From an uncultured Verrucomicrobiae bacterium (GTDB lineage Bacteria > Verrucomicrobiota > Verrucomicrobiia > Limisphaerales > Palsa-1400), in the NCBI GenBank assembly GCA_963702845.1, contig OY969763.1, positions 4,608,001 to 4,672,000 on the forward strand: a stretch of DNA of 64,000 nt, written 5' to 3'. The notes beneath the pieces were generated by a model. It made no database searches and was not told where the DNA came from. It saw only the letters and a list, made by a program, of their open reading frames with translations. The position numbers and the translations under genes were made by a program. Positions 42,648 through 51,702 of this stretch are shown here, piece by piece (position 1 is the first letter of the stretch; each line of letters starts with the position of its first letter).

Positions 42648-45600
42648 TTAGTTTCCTGGCAATATATTGAAGCTCTCGACAATGATTTTTGGGTTCGTTG
42701 GCGTGCTATCGTTGCTCAAGCGGCACACGGCGCGGGTCACAACTTCACCGGTAATCTGATAATTGGTGCACATGCCGCGATACGGCCCGCCTAGCACGAG
42801 GCTGTTGTTCGCCGGCTTGAGCGATTGTCCAAACGAGTAAATCACAAACCGCGGGTCGCCCAGCTTAACGAGTGAGAGAATCTCCTGCGGAATCCGTTCG
42901 ACAACTGCATCCCAATTGGTCGCAAGCACCTGGTTGGCTCCTTTAAACGTTGTCATCGGGTTTTCTTCGTCAATCGGCAGATTGAAAACGTTTGGCAGCA
43001 GCGCACGGGTTAAGTTCGATTCGACCAAAAAATCGCCAAGATGATGGAATACTTGATTATCTTCCTTTAGCCGACGTGCGTTGAGTGCCGACACGATAGG
43101 TGCGACGTTCGTAGGATCGATCACCAATCCGCTGATATTGTTGGTCAGCAAATAGACCCCGCTAAGCAATGCTGACCATGGCCCAAGATTCGTTTGATTG
43201 ATCGAAAGCAATCCGCGCGCGGCGTTTTCATTCAATGCAACCGTGAACAAATCCAGCACGCGCCAATCATTGGTCGGATAGCTGGTCATGTCTTTCGCCC
43301 ATAGTGTCGGCCATTCCTTATGATCCTTGTTTATTTGTCCGTCAGCGCTGGCCTCGGATTTCAAATAGAACGTCTGCCACGGCGAACCGCGATGGACGCG
43401 TCCCAGCCAACCCACACTTGGAAACTTGTTCGTTGGGAAAATCCAATCGCCAGGTTGCTGCACCATTGGATCCTTGAACGTCATGTTCACCAGCAAGTCC
43501 TTGAAAGAATTTCCGTAATTCCACGGTGAATAAATATCATTCATGCGGCCGAGCTCCGTCAGCATGGCGTTCGTGGACGCGCGAGGCTCCAGATATGTCA
43601 CCACATTGGTGAGCACCGGAGAGGTCAGGTCGTCGAGCGTGTAGTGGACCAGCGGATCATTCGCCTCGAAGAAAGTTTTGAATTGAAGCGTTGCCGACGG
43701 TTCATACGGGCAATTCATCGCGATATTGGTCCCCTGACCTTGCAAGAACGTAGCGAAGTTCAGACCCGCACCCTGTTGCGGTGTATAACCGCGAGCCCCC
43801 ACATTATTGGTCGCGACTTGCAGTTGATAGAGCACCCCCTGATTCATATTCGCATTGGGATCACCGACCACCCTGTTCGTACTCCATGGATTGATAGTCG
43901 GCGGAACACCGTGGGATATCAGGTTGCTGTTGATGTTTAGGTGACTATAGAAATCACCTATGTTGACGACGTCCAGGATGTGCCCGGTTTGATCCGTGAG
44001 AAGATAAAACAGATAATTTGTCGTATTAATATACCAGTCGTGAACCGGAAACGTATTTTTGTTTTCCTTAACTAACTGATAGTCCAAGTCGGTCGGATGA
44101 GGTTGAAAAGCCCTGCCAACTTTATTTTCCGCGTACTGAGATTCCGGCAGGGCGATAAGGTTTGTAGCGAAGGTCTTAAAACTATTCGAATTCACCAATG
44201 TCGAGAGCTCGGCACTGTACCTTTTCGGGAAATTGCCCTGCCACGAGTTCTGGGCGTAAGATTGATTGATCACGTTCGTATAGCCGCCGGTCACATTTGT
44301 CACCTCATTGCCAAATGTGACGGTTCCGGCATTAGTAATGTAAAGGTTCAGCGCGAGCGGGAATGCTGTCATCCTATAGGAGTTCCAACCTTCCACGCCA
44401 AAGACGTTTGAGACGCTAAACAGCGCCATTTGATACCCGTCGGGAATAAGGCCAGGAGTCGTAGCCGTGCGCATATATTTGAGCTTACGCGTGACGTCGA
44501 ACGCCGTGATGTAAGCGAACTTGTTGAAATTTGGCAGATTTTTCTTCACCCCAACCACCAACGGCACACCCCACACGTTGTCATTCGGCGCAATAGGAAT
44601 CGATGATGATAACGAACGAAACGGATTCTGAACAAATGTCGTGTCCGTCACCGCCACCCAGTTTGTGATATAAACATTCGTCGCCGCTCGGAAAACAAAG
44701 AAGTTGGTCGCCCGTGGCGTTCCGGCTGCCTCAAACTTCCAGTCGAAAACCGGTCGAAAAACGGACGGATACATGATGCCAGTGGCAGCGTCTCCGTTAT
44801 TGTTACCAGAAGCATCATAGATATTCGCCGCCAATTGCAACATTCTATGAATGGCTGCACTGTAGTGAATATTCGTATTCTCCGAACTATAGACCATGAT
44901 GTTCGTTAGCCCGAAGTGGGCGAATTCAGTGCTGGGCGGAAGATTCGTTGCCGTAATGTCATTCGTGACAATCTCAAAATCCTGCGAGCGCAAAAGCAAC
45001 TCAGCCGTGTTTGTAAAAAACGTCAGGGCATCCCAGTTCTTCAACACAGTCGGCGTGGTAATCCTGTTATGGATCGGATCTTTGTTGAACGCCTGAACCT
45101 GCGCGCTGTTATCAAAGTTGATATTGACCTTCGCGCGTTTGACCATCGAACCGTTGTTGGCATGAACCCAGCAGTAGAGTTCCGATGCGAATCGGTCCCA
45201 ATTGAAGCGAGCATACGGCTAAACGTGTAGCGATTGGTCGTATCAAGTTGCGAAAGGGCATTCGTCAACCGCCCGAGGAATGGCGTGTTCGCAAGTTTAT
45301 CGAAAATCTCCTGCGGCTCGTAAAAATTGTTGTAATTTGTGCTGCCGGGCCAAGGGTTCCTCGGAGCGTCATTATCCTTGGATGGATCGTCGAATGCCGT
45401 CGTCGCAATAGGGCCGTCGGAGTATTCATCGATACCATTGTTTCCAAAATTTGTTGCACTGTTCGGGAAAATAGCCTTAAGCGAAAGAAGGTTCGCGGCG
45501 TTGCTGGCGTACCGGTATTTGAGGAAACTCAACGCGTCGATAAATGCCACACCTTTGCTCGAGTTCCCACCATCGGGAACGCCATTTCCATTCACAGCAT

Positions 45601-46485
45601 AAATGTAATCGGTCGCCCAAAGATTGGAATTCACGCCAGCGAGCAGCGCGGCCATATTCAATTCCCAAGGCCCATGGCCCTGATTCCGCAAGTACCCGTC
45701 AAACGGCATGTTTGGCGGAAAATTGCTTGCGGTGTATTTCGCATAGTTATGGATGAAATTCAGGTCGAGCGTCTTCCCGATCGGCAACGCTATATACGCA
45801 TAGCGACCGATAAAGGGATTGTTGCCGTTATGAGTAGCATCAGGCTGGCGCAATGTTCCAATCCACTCAGGTTCGCCATAGTTAAGCTGCAATTCGCCAT
45901 TCGTATTCCCGAGATCGTCGGTCACCGCGACGTAACCGTTCGATTCAAACCGCCCATTTCGGTTGTAATCGACCCAGTAACGAAAATCCAAATTGGTACT
46001 CCCGGTATTGGTTTGAACATAAACCGGCACGCGCGGGTCGTAGAGTAGATTGGCGATGTTCTGAACCTGATCGTCCGGACTCAATACGGCGCCGTTTGGA
46101 TACGTATAGCTGACATTCGTGACATTCGTGCGAACCAGCGGGTTGGCATTTACGTCAAACCCAAACGGGCTGATAAAGTCATGCGACATCATCATGTCGT
46201 AATTCAGCAAATCATTCGGACGCCCGCGACGTGCTGGAGCGTTCGTATTATTCGCCATCAAGGACGCCGCCAAGGTCTGCCTGAGCACGAGCCAGGGCCG
46301 CATCCGCCATCGCTTGCGCATCGATCTGGCTGAGTGATCCCGTCACCGAAGCTCGCTCGCGTCGGCTGACCGCCAGGAATGCAATCGTCATGAACGTAAT
46401 GACCGACAGCATCAACAGTGTCATCACCAGTGGCAACGCCTGACTTCAACCTTCTGCGTTCTGCGTTCATACTTGTCTTCTTCAT
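42648..46485 (-). CDS. Large PilX-like prepilin-type protein (about 1280 aa; Verru_Chthon cassette protein A-like); three frameshifts
   Basis: N-terminus KSG-VA/LVMTLLMLSVITFMTIAFL...AQAMADAALARA. Frame changes near 46431, 46272 and 45185 join 46258..46485, 46248..46436, 45041..46321 and 42648..45146. C-terminus RFVIYSFGQSLK...GEVVTRAV. Confidence 0.75.
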
Positions 46486-47303
46486 CTTGGCAACGCCGCT
46501 CTCACGGGAATCTGTTGGCGGAAAATGTGAACAGCGCCCATTCTGCTCGCTAAATAATTACTCTGCGCAATGGCGTTTGTTCCAAAGGCGCGAACCTGTT
46601 CCAAAACTGCGGGCTCAAGAATCCCTAACTCAACCTCAACCGAGCTCGGCAACGGATTCTGCGGTTGATCGATCGGCAGTTCCAAAACACCCGAGGAAAA
46701 AGAATTGGTAATTTCAACCCCATTCGCATCAAAAGCCCGCGCCCGCAGATGGATCACGCCATCGACGATGCGATAGAAATTGGTATAGCCAAAGGTAACA
46801 GCTTGATTCAGAAAAATGCCGCACGGATTGTCCGTCGGGAGATCGTTCGTTGAATACACGTAACGATACAACGTGCCAACAAGTGGCGTACCGGAAACAC
46901 CGCTTCCCACCGTATTGCTGATCGCGTAACCCGCGCCATACCAAATGTTGTTGATATGCTCCAATGCGAAAACATCCGACATGTAATTCGTCCGCGTATT
47001 CCCGACCGAATCGCCTTGGATGAGCCAACTCCCGTTGCGAATGCCGTAAAAGAAATTGGTAATGTTCCCGTCCTTGGCATCAGACATCTGTTGAAAATCT
47101 CGCGCCATCATATCAACGACTGTGCGCCCGCTCTCCATCACGTCCGTCTGGGTGTGCCCGCCACGAAAAGCCTTTTGCGTTTGCACGAACATCGCCGTCA
47201 ACCCGAGCACGATGACGACAAGCAACGTCGTTGAGACCAACATTTCCAAAATCGTCAGCCCTGATGCACCGAACGTGCGTAAGCGATGTTGGTTGGTTTT
47301 CAA
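46482..47303 (-). CDS. Type IV prepilin-like protein (PilW/GspJ-like)
   Basis: SG|LTILEMLVSTTLLVVIVLGL with Glu5; start overlaps the upstream stop. Confidence 0.85.
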   Translation of the reverse strand: MKTNQHRLRTFGASGLTILEMLVSTTLLVVIVLGLTAMFVQTQKAFRGGHTQTDVMESGRTVVDMMARDFQQMSDAKDGNITNFFYGIRNGSWLIQGDSVGNTRTNYMSDVFALEHINNIWYGAGYAISNTVGSGVSGTPLVGTLYRYVYSTNDLPTDNPCGIFLNQAVTFGYTNFYRIVDGVIHLRARAFDANGVEITNSFSSGVLELPIDQPQNPLPSSVEVELGILEPAVLEQVRAFGTNAIAQSNYLASRMGAVHIFRQQIPVRAALPR

Positions 47304-48199
47304 AACGTAGTATTCGTTCCTGTGTTATCGGAGAGCTTGTATGCACCCGGATTGATGACGTACAAACGCAGGTCAGGCGTGGCGGGGGGCGGCGGCAAAT
47401 TGATATTCTCAAAGTGACCACTGACCAGGGTTCGAAAATACTTCCGGTTCGGGCCGGGCGAGCCGTTCGGCAACACCGGCCAACTAAACTGAAGGCGCGC
47501 ATCGATCAAACTGTTCTGCCAGTAGTGCAGTTGATTCTGCACTTGAACATGGTTGGTTTGCGTGGCGAAGTCGGAATTCCCGACCGGATAATTCGTGTAA
47601 TCATTGATCAACCACGGCGTTGTGCTGTAAGGCATCAACGTCACATCCATCTGGTATTTGAACGAGACCTGGGTATTGCCGCCGTTTTGCTCCAGCGCCG
47701 AACCACTCATCGCGCGCACCGTCGCAACCACGTCGTTGCGCACCATCATGCCGGGATATGCCGTTTGATCGGCTGGCTCGTATTTCGGAATGCTCAACAT
47801 GCCAACTATGACATGACCGTTCGTCAGACTTTGATTCGCGCCGGCCGTATTGGGCGTCACTATGGTGATATCTGAAATTTTCTGCGTGAACACCAGATTG
47901 CTCCCGACGTACGTTTTGACATTAATCGACTCAACATAGTTCGTCAGGAAGTCCAACGCCTGGCCGTCAATTTCCCTGGTCCCTTGCCGGCCGTACCGGA
48001 GCAGATCCATAAAATATTGCCCGTCCTGGCTGGCAATTGTGTCCTCGCGATTGTCCTTCTGCACATTCAGACCCAGCGGCAAAATACCGACAATCGCCAC
48101 CAGTGCAAAACCAATCACCGCCAGCGAGATCGCAATTTCGATCATCGTGAACCCGGACTTCCCACTCGCCACTCGCCACTTGGCACTCATCACTCTCAT
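47300..48199 (-). CDS. Type IV prepilin-like protein (PilV/GspI-like; Verru_Chthon B-like)
   Basis: SG|FTMIEIAISLAVIGFALVAIVGILPLGL; ATG 48199 overlaps the upstream TGA. Confidence 0.88.
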   Translation of the reverse strand: MRVMSAKWRVASGKSGFTMIEIAISLAVIGFALVAIVGILPLGLNVQKDNREDTIASQDGQYFMDLLRYGRQGTREIDGQALDFLTNYVESINVKTYVGSNLVFTQKISDITIVTPNTAGANQSLTNGHVIVGMLSIPKYEPADQTAYPGMMVRNDVVATVRAMSGSALEQNGGNTQVSFKYQMDVTLMPYSTTPWLINDYTNYPVGNSDFATQTNHVQVQNQLHYWQNSLIDARLQFSWPVLPNGSPGPNRKYFRTLVSGHFENINLPPPPATPDLRLYVINPGAYKLSDNTGTNTTF

Positions 48200-49167
48200 T
48201 GGATCTCCTTCCGTTCCAGCCTGGCGCGTCCGGTCAGCCAATTGATGTGGATCAGGTGATAATCGTTCGTCGAACTGCCCGGCGGCGTCTCCTGCCAATC
48301 CGCCTGCCCGATTTGCGGGACGCCATTTGCATCCAACGGATAAAAAACACTGGCACGCGTCAGCGGAATGTAATCGTCCTGATGCGTCGTCAGTCCGCCA
48401 TTCGGGCCAAATGCGATGCAGGGCAGTTGAAAATAATCTTTCGAACTTCGATTAGCCGTCGCTTCGATTGTCGGGAACGGGAACGAGTTCGTTGCGAATG
48501 GATACACGAGGAATGTTTTCGAGCTGTTCGTGTCATCGACGAGCATCTGTTGAGTAAATTTTTCCTGGGCGATCGTTACGCCATCGGGCAACTTGCGCCA
48601 GGGCGTCAAATACTTTGGATAAAACTGCCCGGGCTGATCGCCGACCGACCGCAAACTCAAGAGCGCGTACATCGTATATTGCCCAGTGAACAGGTTGGTC
48701 ACCTGGTTGAACCCCATGATGGACATATTCCCGAACACCGTGGAATTCGGACCACCCCAAAAAGTCGGCGGCAAAAAAACCATATAAACCGTCGTGCGAT
48801 TGAGCAGCGCTTTTTGCCGCGCATACGCGACATCATCGAGCATCTGGTGTGTCGCTGCCGTCATCGTGTTCGATTTCCCAAACCCGCCCAAATGCGGCAA
48901 AGCCACTGCCGCGAGCAACCCGATAATCGTGATCACCACCAGCAGCTCGATCAAACTGAACGCACTACGAATACGCAGCTTCAAATTCCACGCACCGAGC
49001 TCGAGAGAAGATCCGACAACCAACGTTTTGCTTCGGAGCTTGGAATTTGGAACTTCTCTGGAGCTTGGAGTTTGGAGCTTGGAGCTTTCCCGCACCACCG
49101 GCCAACTCGCCTCCTTCGATGCTTTCCATCGAATTCGAACCTGAGTTCTTTTAATTCGGGTTTTCAT
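48196..49167 (-). CDS. Type IV prepilin-like protein (FimT/GspH-like) with a 69-aa leader
   Basis: [24 protein letters not shown]...ARQKALLNRTTVYMVF; C-terminal INWLTGRAR; ATG 49167 overlaps the upstream TAA. Confidence 0.88.
   Translation of the reverse strand: MKTRIKRTQVRIRWKASKEASWPVVRESSKLQTPSSREVPNSKLRSKTLVVGSSLELGAWNLKLRIRSAFSLIELLVVITIIGLLAAVALPHLGGFGKSNTMTAATHQMLDDVAYARQKALLNRTTVYMVFLPPTFWGGPNSTVFGNMSIMGFNQVTNLFTGQYTMYALLSLRSVGDQPGQFYPKYLTPWRKLPDGVTIAQEKFTQQMLVDDTNSSKTFLVYPFATNSFPFPTIEATANRSSKDYFQLPCIAFGPNGGLTTHQDDYIPLTRASVFYPLDANGVPQIGQADWQETPPGSSTNDYHLIHINWLTGRARLERKEIQ
48977..49086. repeat. Heptamer inverted-arm repeat inside the prepilin leader
   Basis: GGAGCTTGGAATTTGGAACTTCTCTGGAGCTTGGAGTTTGGAGCTTGGAGCT plus a degenerate complementary arm at 48977-49016. 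Confidence 0.8.
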
Positions 49168-49793
49168 TACCAATTACCGTTTGTGACAGTCTTGCTCCCA
49201 ACCGTAAACACCGCCCACAAATCGAACGACTCGCTATTATGCCGGTTCGTGGAAGACGAATCATAATGCCACGGATTCATCGGGTTTCCTTGAAAATCCA
49301 CTGGAACAATGAGCACATTCGCGTTTGCTGCGGCCGCGACGAAATTGCTCTTGTAATCGAGCGGTTTCGGCGGTGGGGTATAGAATCGCTTGGGCTCGAT
49401 CGAGTTCAGCACACCATTGCGATTGAAAGCGGTGAAGTACTGGTTCGATGTGATGATGCTGCTATCGAATGCTGTATATTGATTGTTAGCCGCGTCGTAG
49501 CTCGGTCCGGTCAATTCATAAAACAACTGATTCGTTGCTGCCGACATCCGATCGTCGCTCGCCTTATCTTTGACATTGTTGCCGTTGTCGGGAGGGAACG
49601 ACCCCATTTGAGCCTGATACGCCTCAATCACCGTGAGTAATCGATTTTTTTCCGCCTCCACGCGCTTTATTTTCTTCGCCTCAGCCACACGGATCGCCAC
49701 CCCAGTAATCATCGCCGCCAGGATCGCGATAATCCCAATGACGACCAACATTTCAATCAACGTGAATGCGACAATATTTCGTTGCTGTCTCAT
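49167..49793 (-). CDS. Type IV prepilin-like protein (GspG-like)
   Basis: VA|FTLIEMLVVIGIIAILAAMI, IEAYQAQMGSFPP, NPWHY...ESFDLW. Confidence 0.88.
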   Translation of the reverse strand: MRQQRNIVAFTLIEMLVVIGIIAILAAMITGVAIRVAEAKKIKRVEAEKNRLLTVIEAYQAQMGSFPPDNGNNVKDKASDDRMSAATNQLFYELTGPSYDAANNQYTAFDSSIITSNQYFTAFNRNGVLNSIEPKRFYTPPPKPLDYKSNFVAAAANANVLIVPVDFQGNPMNPWHYDSSSTNRHNSESFDLWAVFTVGSKTVTNGNW

Positions 49794-49797
49794 ATCA

Positions 49798-50094
49798 TTA
49801 TCCATTTTGCGCACGGCTGACGCGTTGATCGCGCAACTCCTGCTCCATCCGTTCACTCAGCCATTGCTTCATCATGCTCTGATAATTCAAATACCGGGAC
49901 CGGGCGATGCGCTTGACGCGGGCGAGCATGCGCGGATCCATCCGCAACGTGATCGTCACCGAATCCGACAACTCGCTCGTCGCGACCGACGAATCCATCA
50001 ACCGCGTCTCCAACCGGTTCTCGGCCCAATACGCCGCTTCGGCCTCTTCGCGGTCGAACAGCGGCACTTCCTCCCAGTTTGCAATAGCGTTCAT
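49798..50094 (-). CDS. CopG/BrnA-like ribbon-helix-helix antitoxin
   Basis: Acidic N-part VPLFDREEAEAAYW; RHH VTITLRMDPRMLARVKRIARSRYLNYQSMMKQWLSE; start uncertain (ATG 50094 or GTG 50118). Confidence 0.85.
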   Translation of the reverse strand: MNAIANWEEVPLFDREEAEAAYWAENRLETRLMDSSVATSELSDSVTITLRMDPRMLARVKRIARSRYLNYQSMMKQWLSERMEQELRDQRVSRAQNG

Positions 50095-50189
50095 TTCGTC
50101 GGTAGGGACGACTTCCACGTCGTCCCAAAAATCTTCTGGTTTCTAGTTTTCTTCGCGAACCAAGCCGGACTTTTTACTGATATTTTCAT
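50091..50189 (-). CDS. Possible 32-aa bridging mini-ORF (MKISVKSPAWFAKKTRNQKIFGTTWKSSLPTK)
   Basis: ATG overlaps the toxin-like stop (TGATG) and its TGA overlaps the antitoxin ATG (ATGA); could instead be a frameshifted N-terminus of the antitoxin. Confidence 0.3.
   Translation of the reverse strand: MKISVKSPAWFAKKTRNQKIFGTTWKSSLPTK
50101..50126. repeat. GTAG-type REP element
   Basis: GGTA-GGGACGAC-TTCCAC-GTCGTCCC: perfect 8-bp stem with a GTAG foot. Confidence 0.75.
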
Positions 50190-50476
50190 CACGTTGCCAG
50201 CGTTTGATTAAGTTTTCGTTGGTAAAAATTCTGTTCCTCGGACTCGAACGGCCGCGCGTAAATCACTTTGACCTGCTTACCGTTGGTGCGATAAACACTG
50301 AAAATACCGGTCCCACCGCTAGTCATGCCTAAATTGAAATAACGCGCCTGCACAGAAAACCGCGGTGAATCAGGAAGCAACCGCACAGCAAAGGGATCTT
50401 CGAACGTTTCTTCGATTGATTGAACGTTCAGAGAGCGGTCCAAATTAAACGGCGGATTATTCCAGTCAAAATCCAT
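50189..50476 (-). CDS. BrnT-like (RelE-fold) toxin homolog
   Basis: 95 aa, MDFDW...IEETFEDP...RYFNLG...VKVIYARPFESEEQNFY; toxin-before-antitoxin order as in brnTA. Confidence 0.75.
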   Translation of the reverse strand: MDFDWNNPPFNLDRSLNVQSIEETFEDPFAVRLLPDSPRFSVQARYFNLGMTSGGTGIFSVYRTNGKQVKVIYARPFESEEQNFYQRKLNQTLAT

Positions 50477-50503
50477 ACTCTGTAAATCCTTTAGCCATGC
50501 TAT

Positions 50504-50542
50504 GTGTTTACATTGTATATACGTTTTGAAGAAACGAGTCAA
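50504..50542 (-). promoter_or_regulatory. Promoter and operator-like repeat upstream of the TA-like/prepilin operon
   Basis: Minus strand TTGACT with TATACA (17-nt spacer) or TACAAT (19-nt spacer), overlapped by GTATATAC-AAT-GTAAACAC. Confidence 0.6.
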
Positions 50543-50670
50543 TAGTAAGTTGCTATAGTGGAATAACCGATTACGCGCGAATCACTTACATTCCCCTGTA
50601 GCACAATCGCCCTCGTCCGGGTCTTTGCACCATCTCACCGCAAGGCCAATCCCCCTTCACGTTCAGCCGC

Positions 50671-51095
50671 ACGAACCAAAGTGAACCAAAGTGAACCAAA
50701 GTGAACCAAAGTGAACCGAAAATGATATTTTGCGATATCTCGCGACGGACGTGAAGAGTGCGACGATTGGGGCATGTCGATTTCACAAGATTACCTCCGA
50801 TTACTTCTGATTACTTTTTGTTACCTTTTTCGCGATTTTTCATCTGATTATTTCCGTTAGACCGCACCAGACGGCACCGAAGCGCACCAAACCGCACCGG
50901 AAAAAGATCTTTTTGATGTCTCGCGACGGACGCGACGATGCGCGACGGTTGATGAGGCAAAAACGATGCAGAAACGATGCAATTTTGTTCGGTTGACGCT
51001 CTCCGGCACGAATGTCGGCGAATGCAAATATAATTGCGAATTTGAGTCATAGTGAGATTACCTCTGATTACTTCTCGTTACCTTTTGTTACCCAT
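50671..51095. repeat. Four 10-bp-period tandem arrays in a duplicated module
   Basis: (GTGAACCAAA)x5 at 50671-720; GATTAC-type x4 at 50789-828; ACCGCACCAG-type x4 at 50861-900; GATTAC-type x4 at 51056-095. Confidence 0.85.
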
Positions 51096-51702
51096 TTTAC
51101 ATTTTTTGGGGTGTCCGGGCCGCAAAACTGAACTTTTCTGTACATTTTCTGCATAGTTTTCCTTTTTCATGATTGTCAATGTATCGTGGCAGATCTTGAT
51201 GGAATCATTGGCCAGAGATGAAGGCGACCGGGGGTCTCGCGGCGAACGACGGGAACGCGCAAGTTGGTATACGTGGGGCGGTTTTGTATTCTGACGAATT
51301 CATATTTTGGGGAAATCCTAGCAAGGTCACTTGGACAAATACGGTCCAAGTGGAAAATTTGTTGCTTTGGAACTTTTAGTGCTAAAACACCTAAATTGAG
51401 GGCTTTACAACGCGGACTACGCGGAATCCAAGAAAGGGGGCTTGTCGGCAAAGCTTGCAACGACATTCCGGACGATTGTTTTTTCCGCTGTAGGCACCGG
51501 AGCCGGCCACTTTGGAAACTGTGGGTTCGTTTTTCATTTCCCCTAGAGCTTACGAAAACTGGTTGGACAGTTACGGGGGGACACCCAAAAAAGTTATTCA
51601 CAAAAAGCGAGTGGTGTAGTCGAAATTCGAGGGACTGCCGGCGCTTTGGATGCCCCTGACAACCGAATTGAAATAGTTGCAAAAACCCCTATCCTTGCCC
51701 GC

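Noticed and set aside
50671..51095. CRISPR array
   Set aside because: Units are 10 bp, directly tandem, with no unique spacers and no cas genes
51594..51602. DnaA box (TTATTCACA) and oriC in the 50.5-51.7 kb gap
   Set aside because: Only a single box was seen, with no cluster and no dnaA/dnaN context
50586..51682. ORFs 50586..50786, 50811..51050, 51176..51682 and 51264..51659
   Set aside because: Translations of repeats or atypical composition with no recognisable motifs
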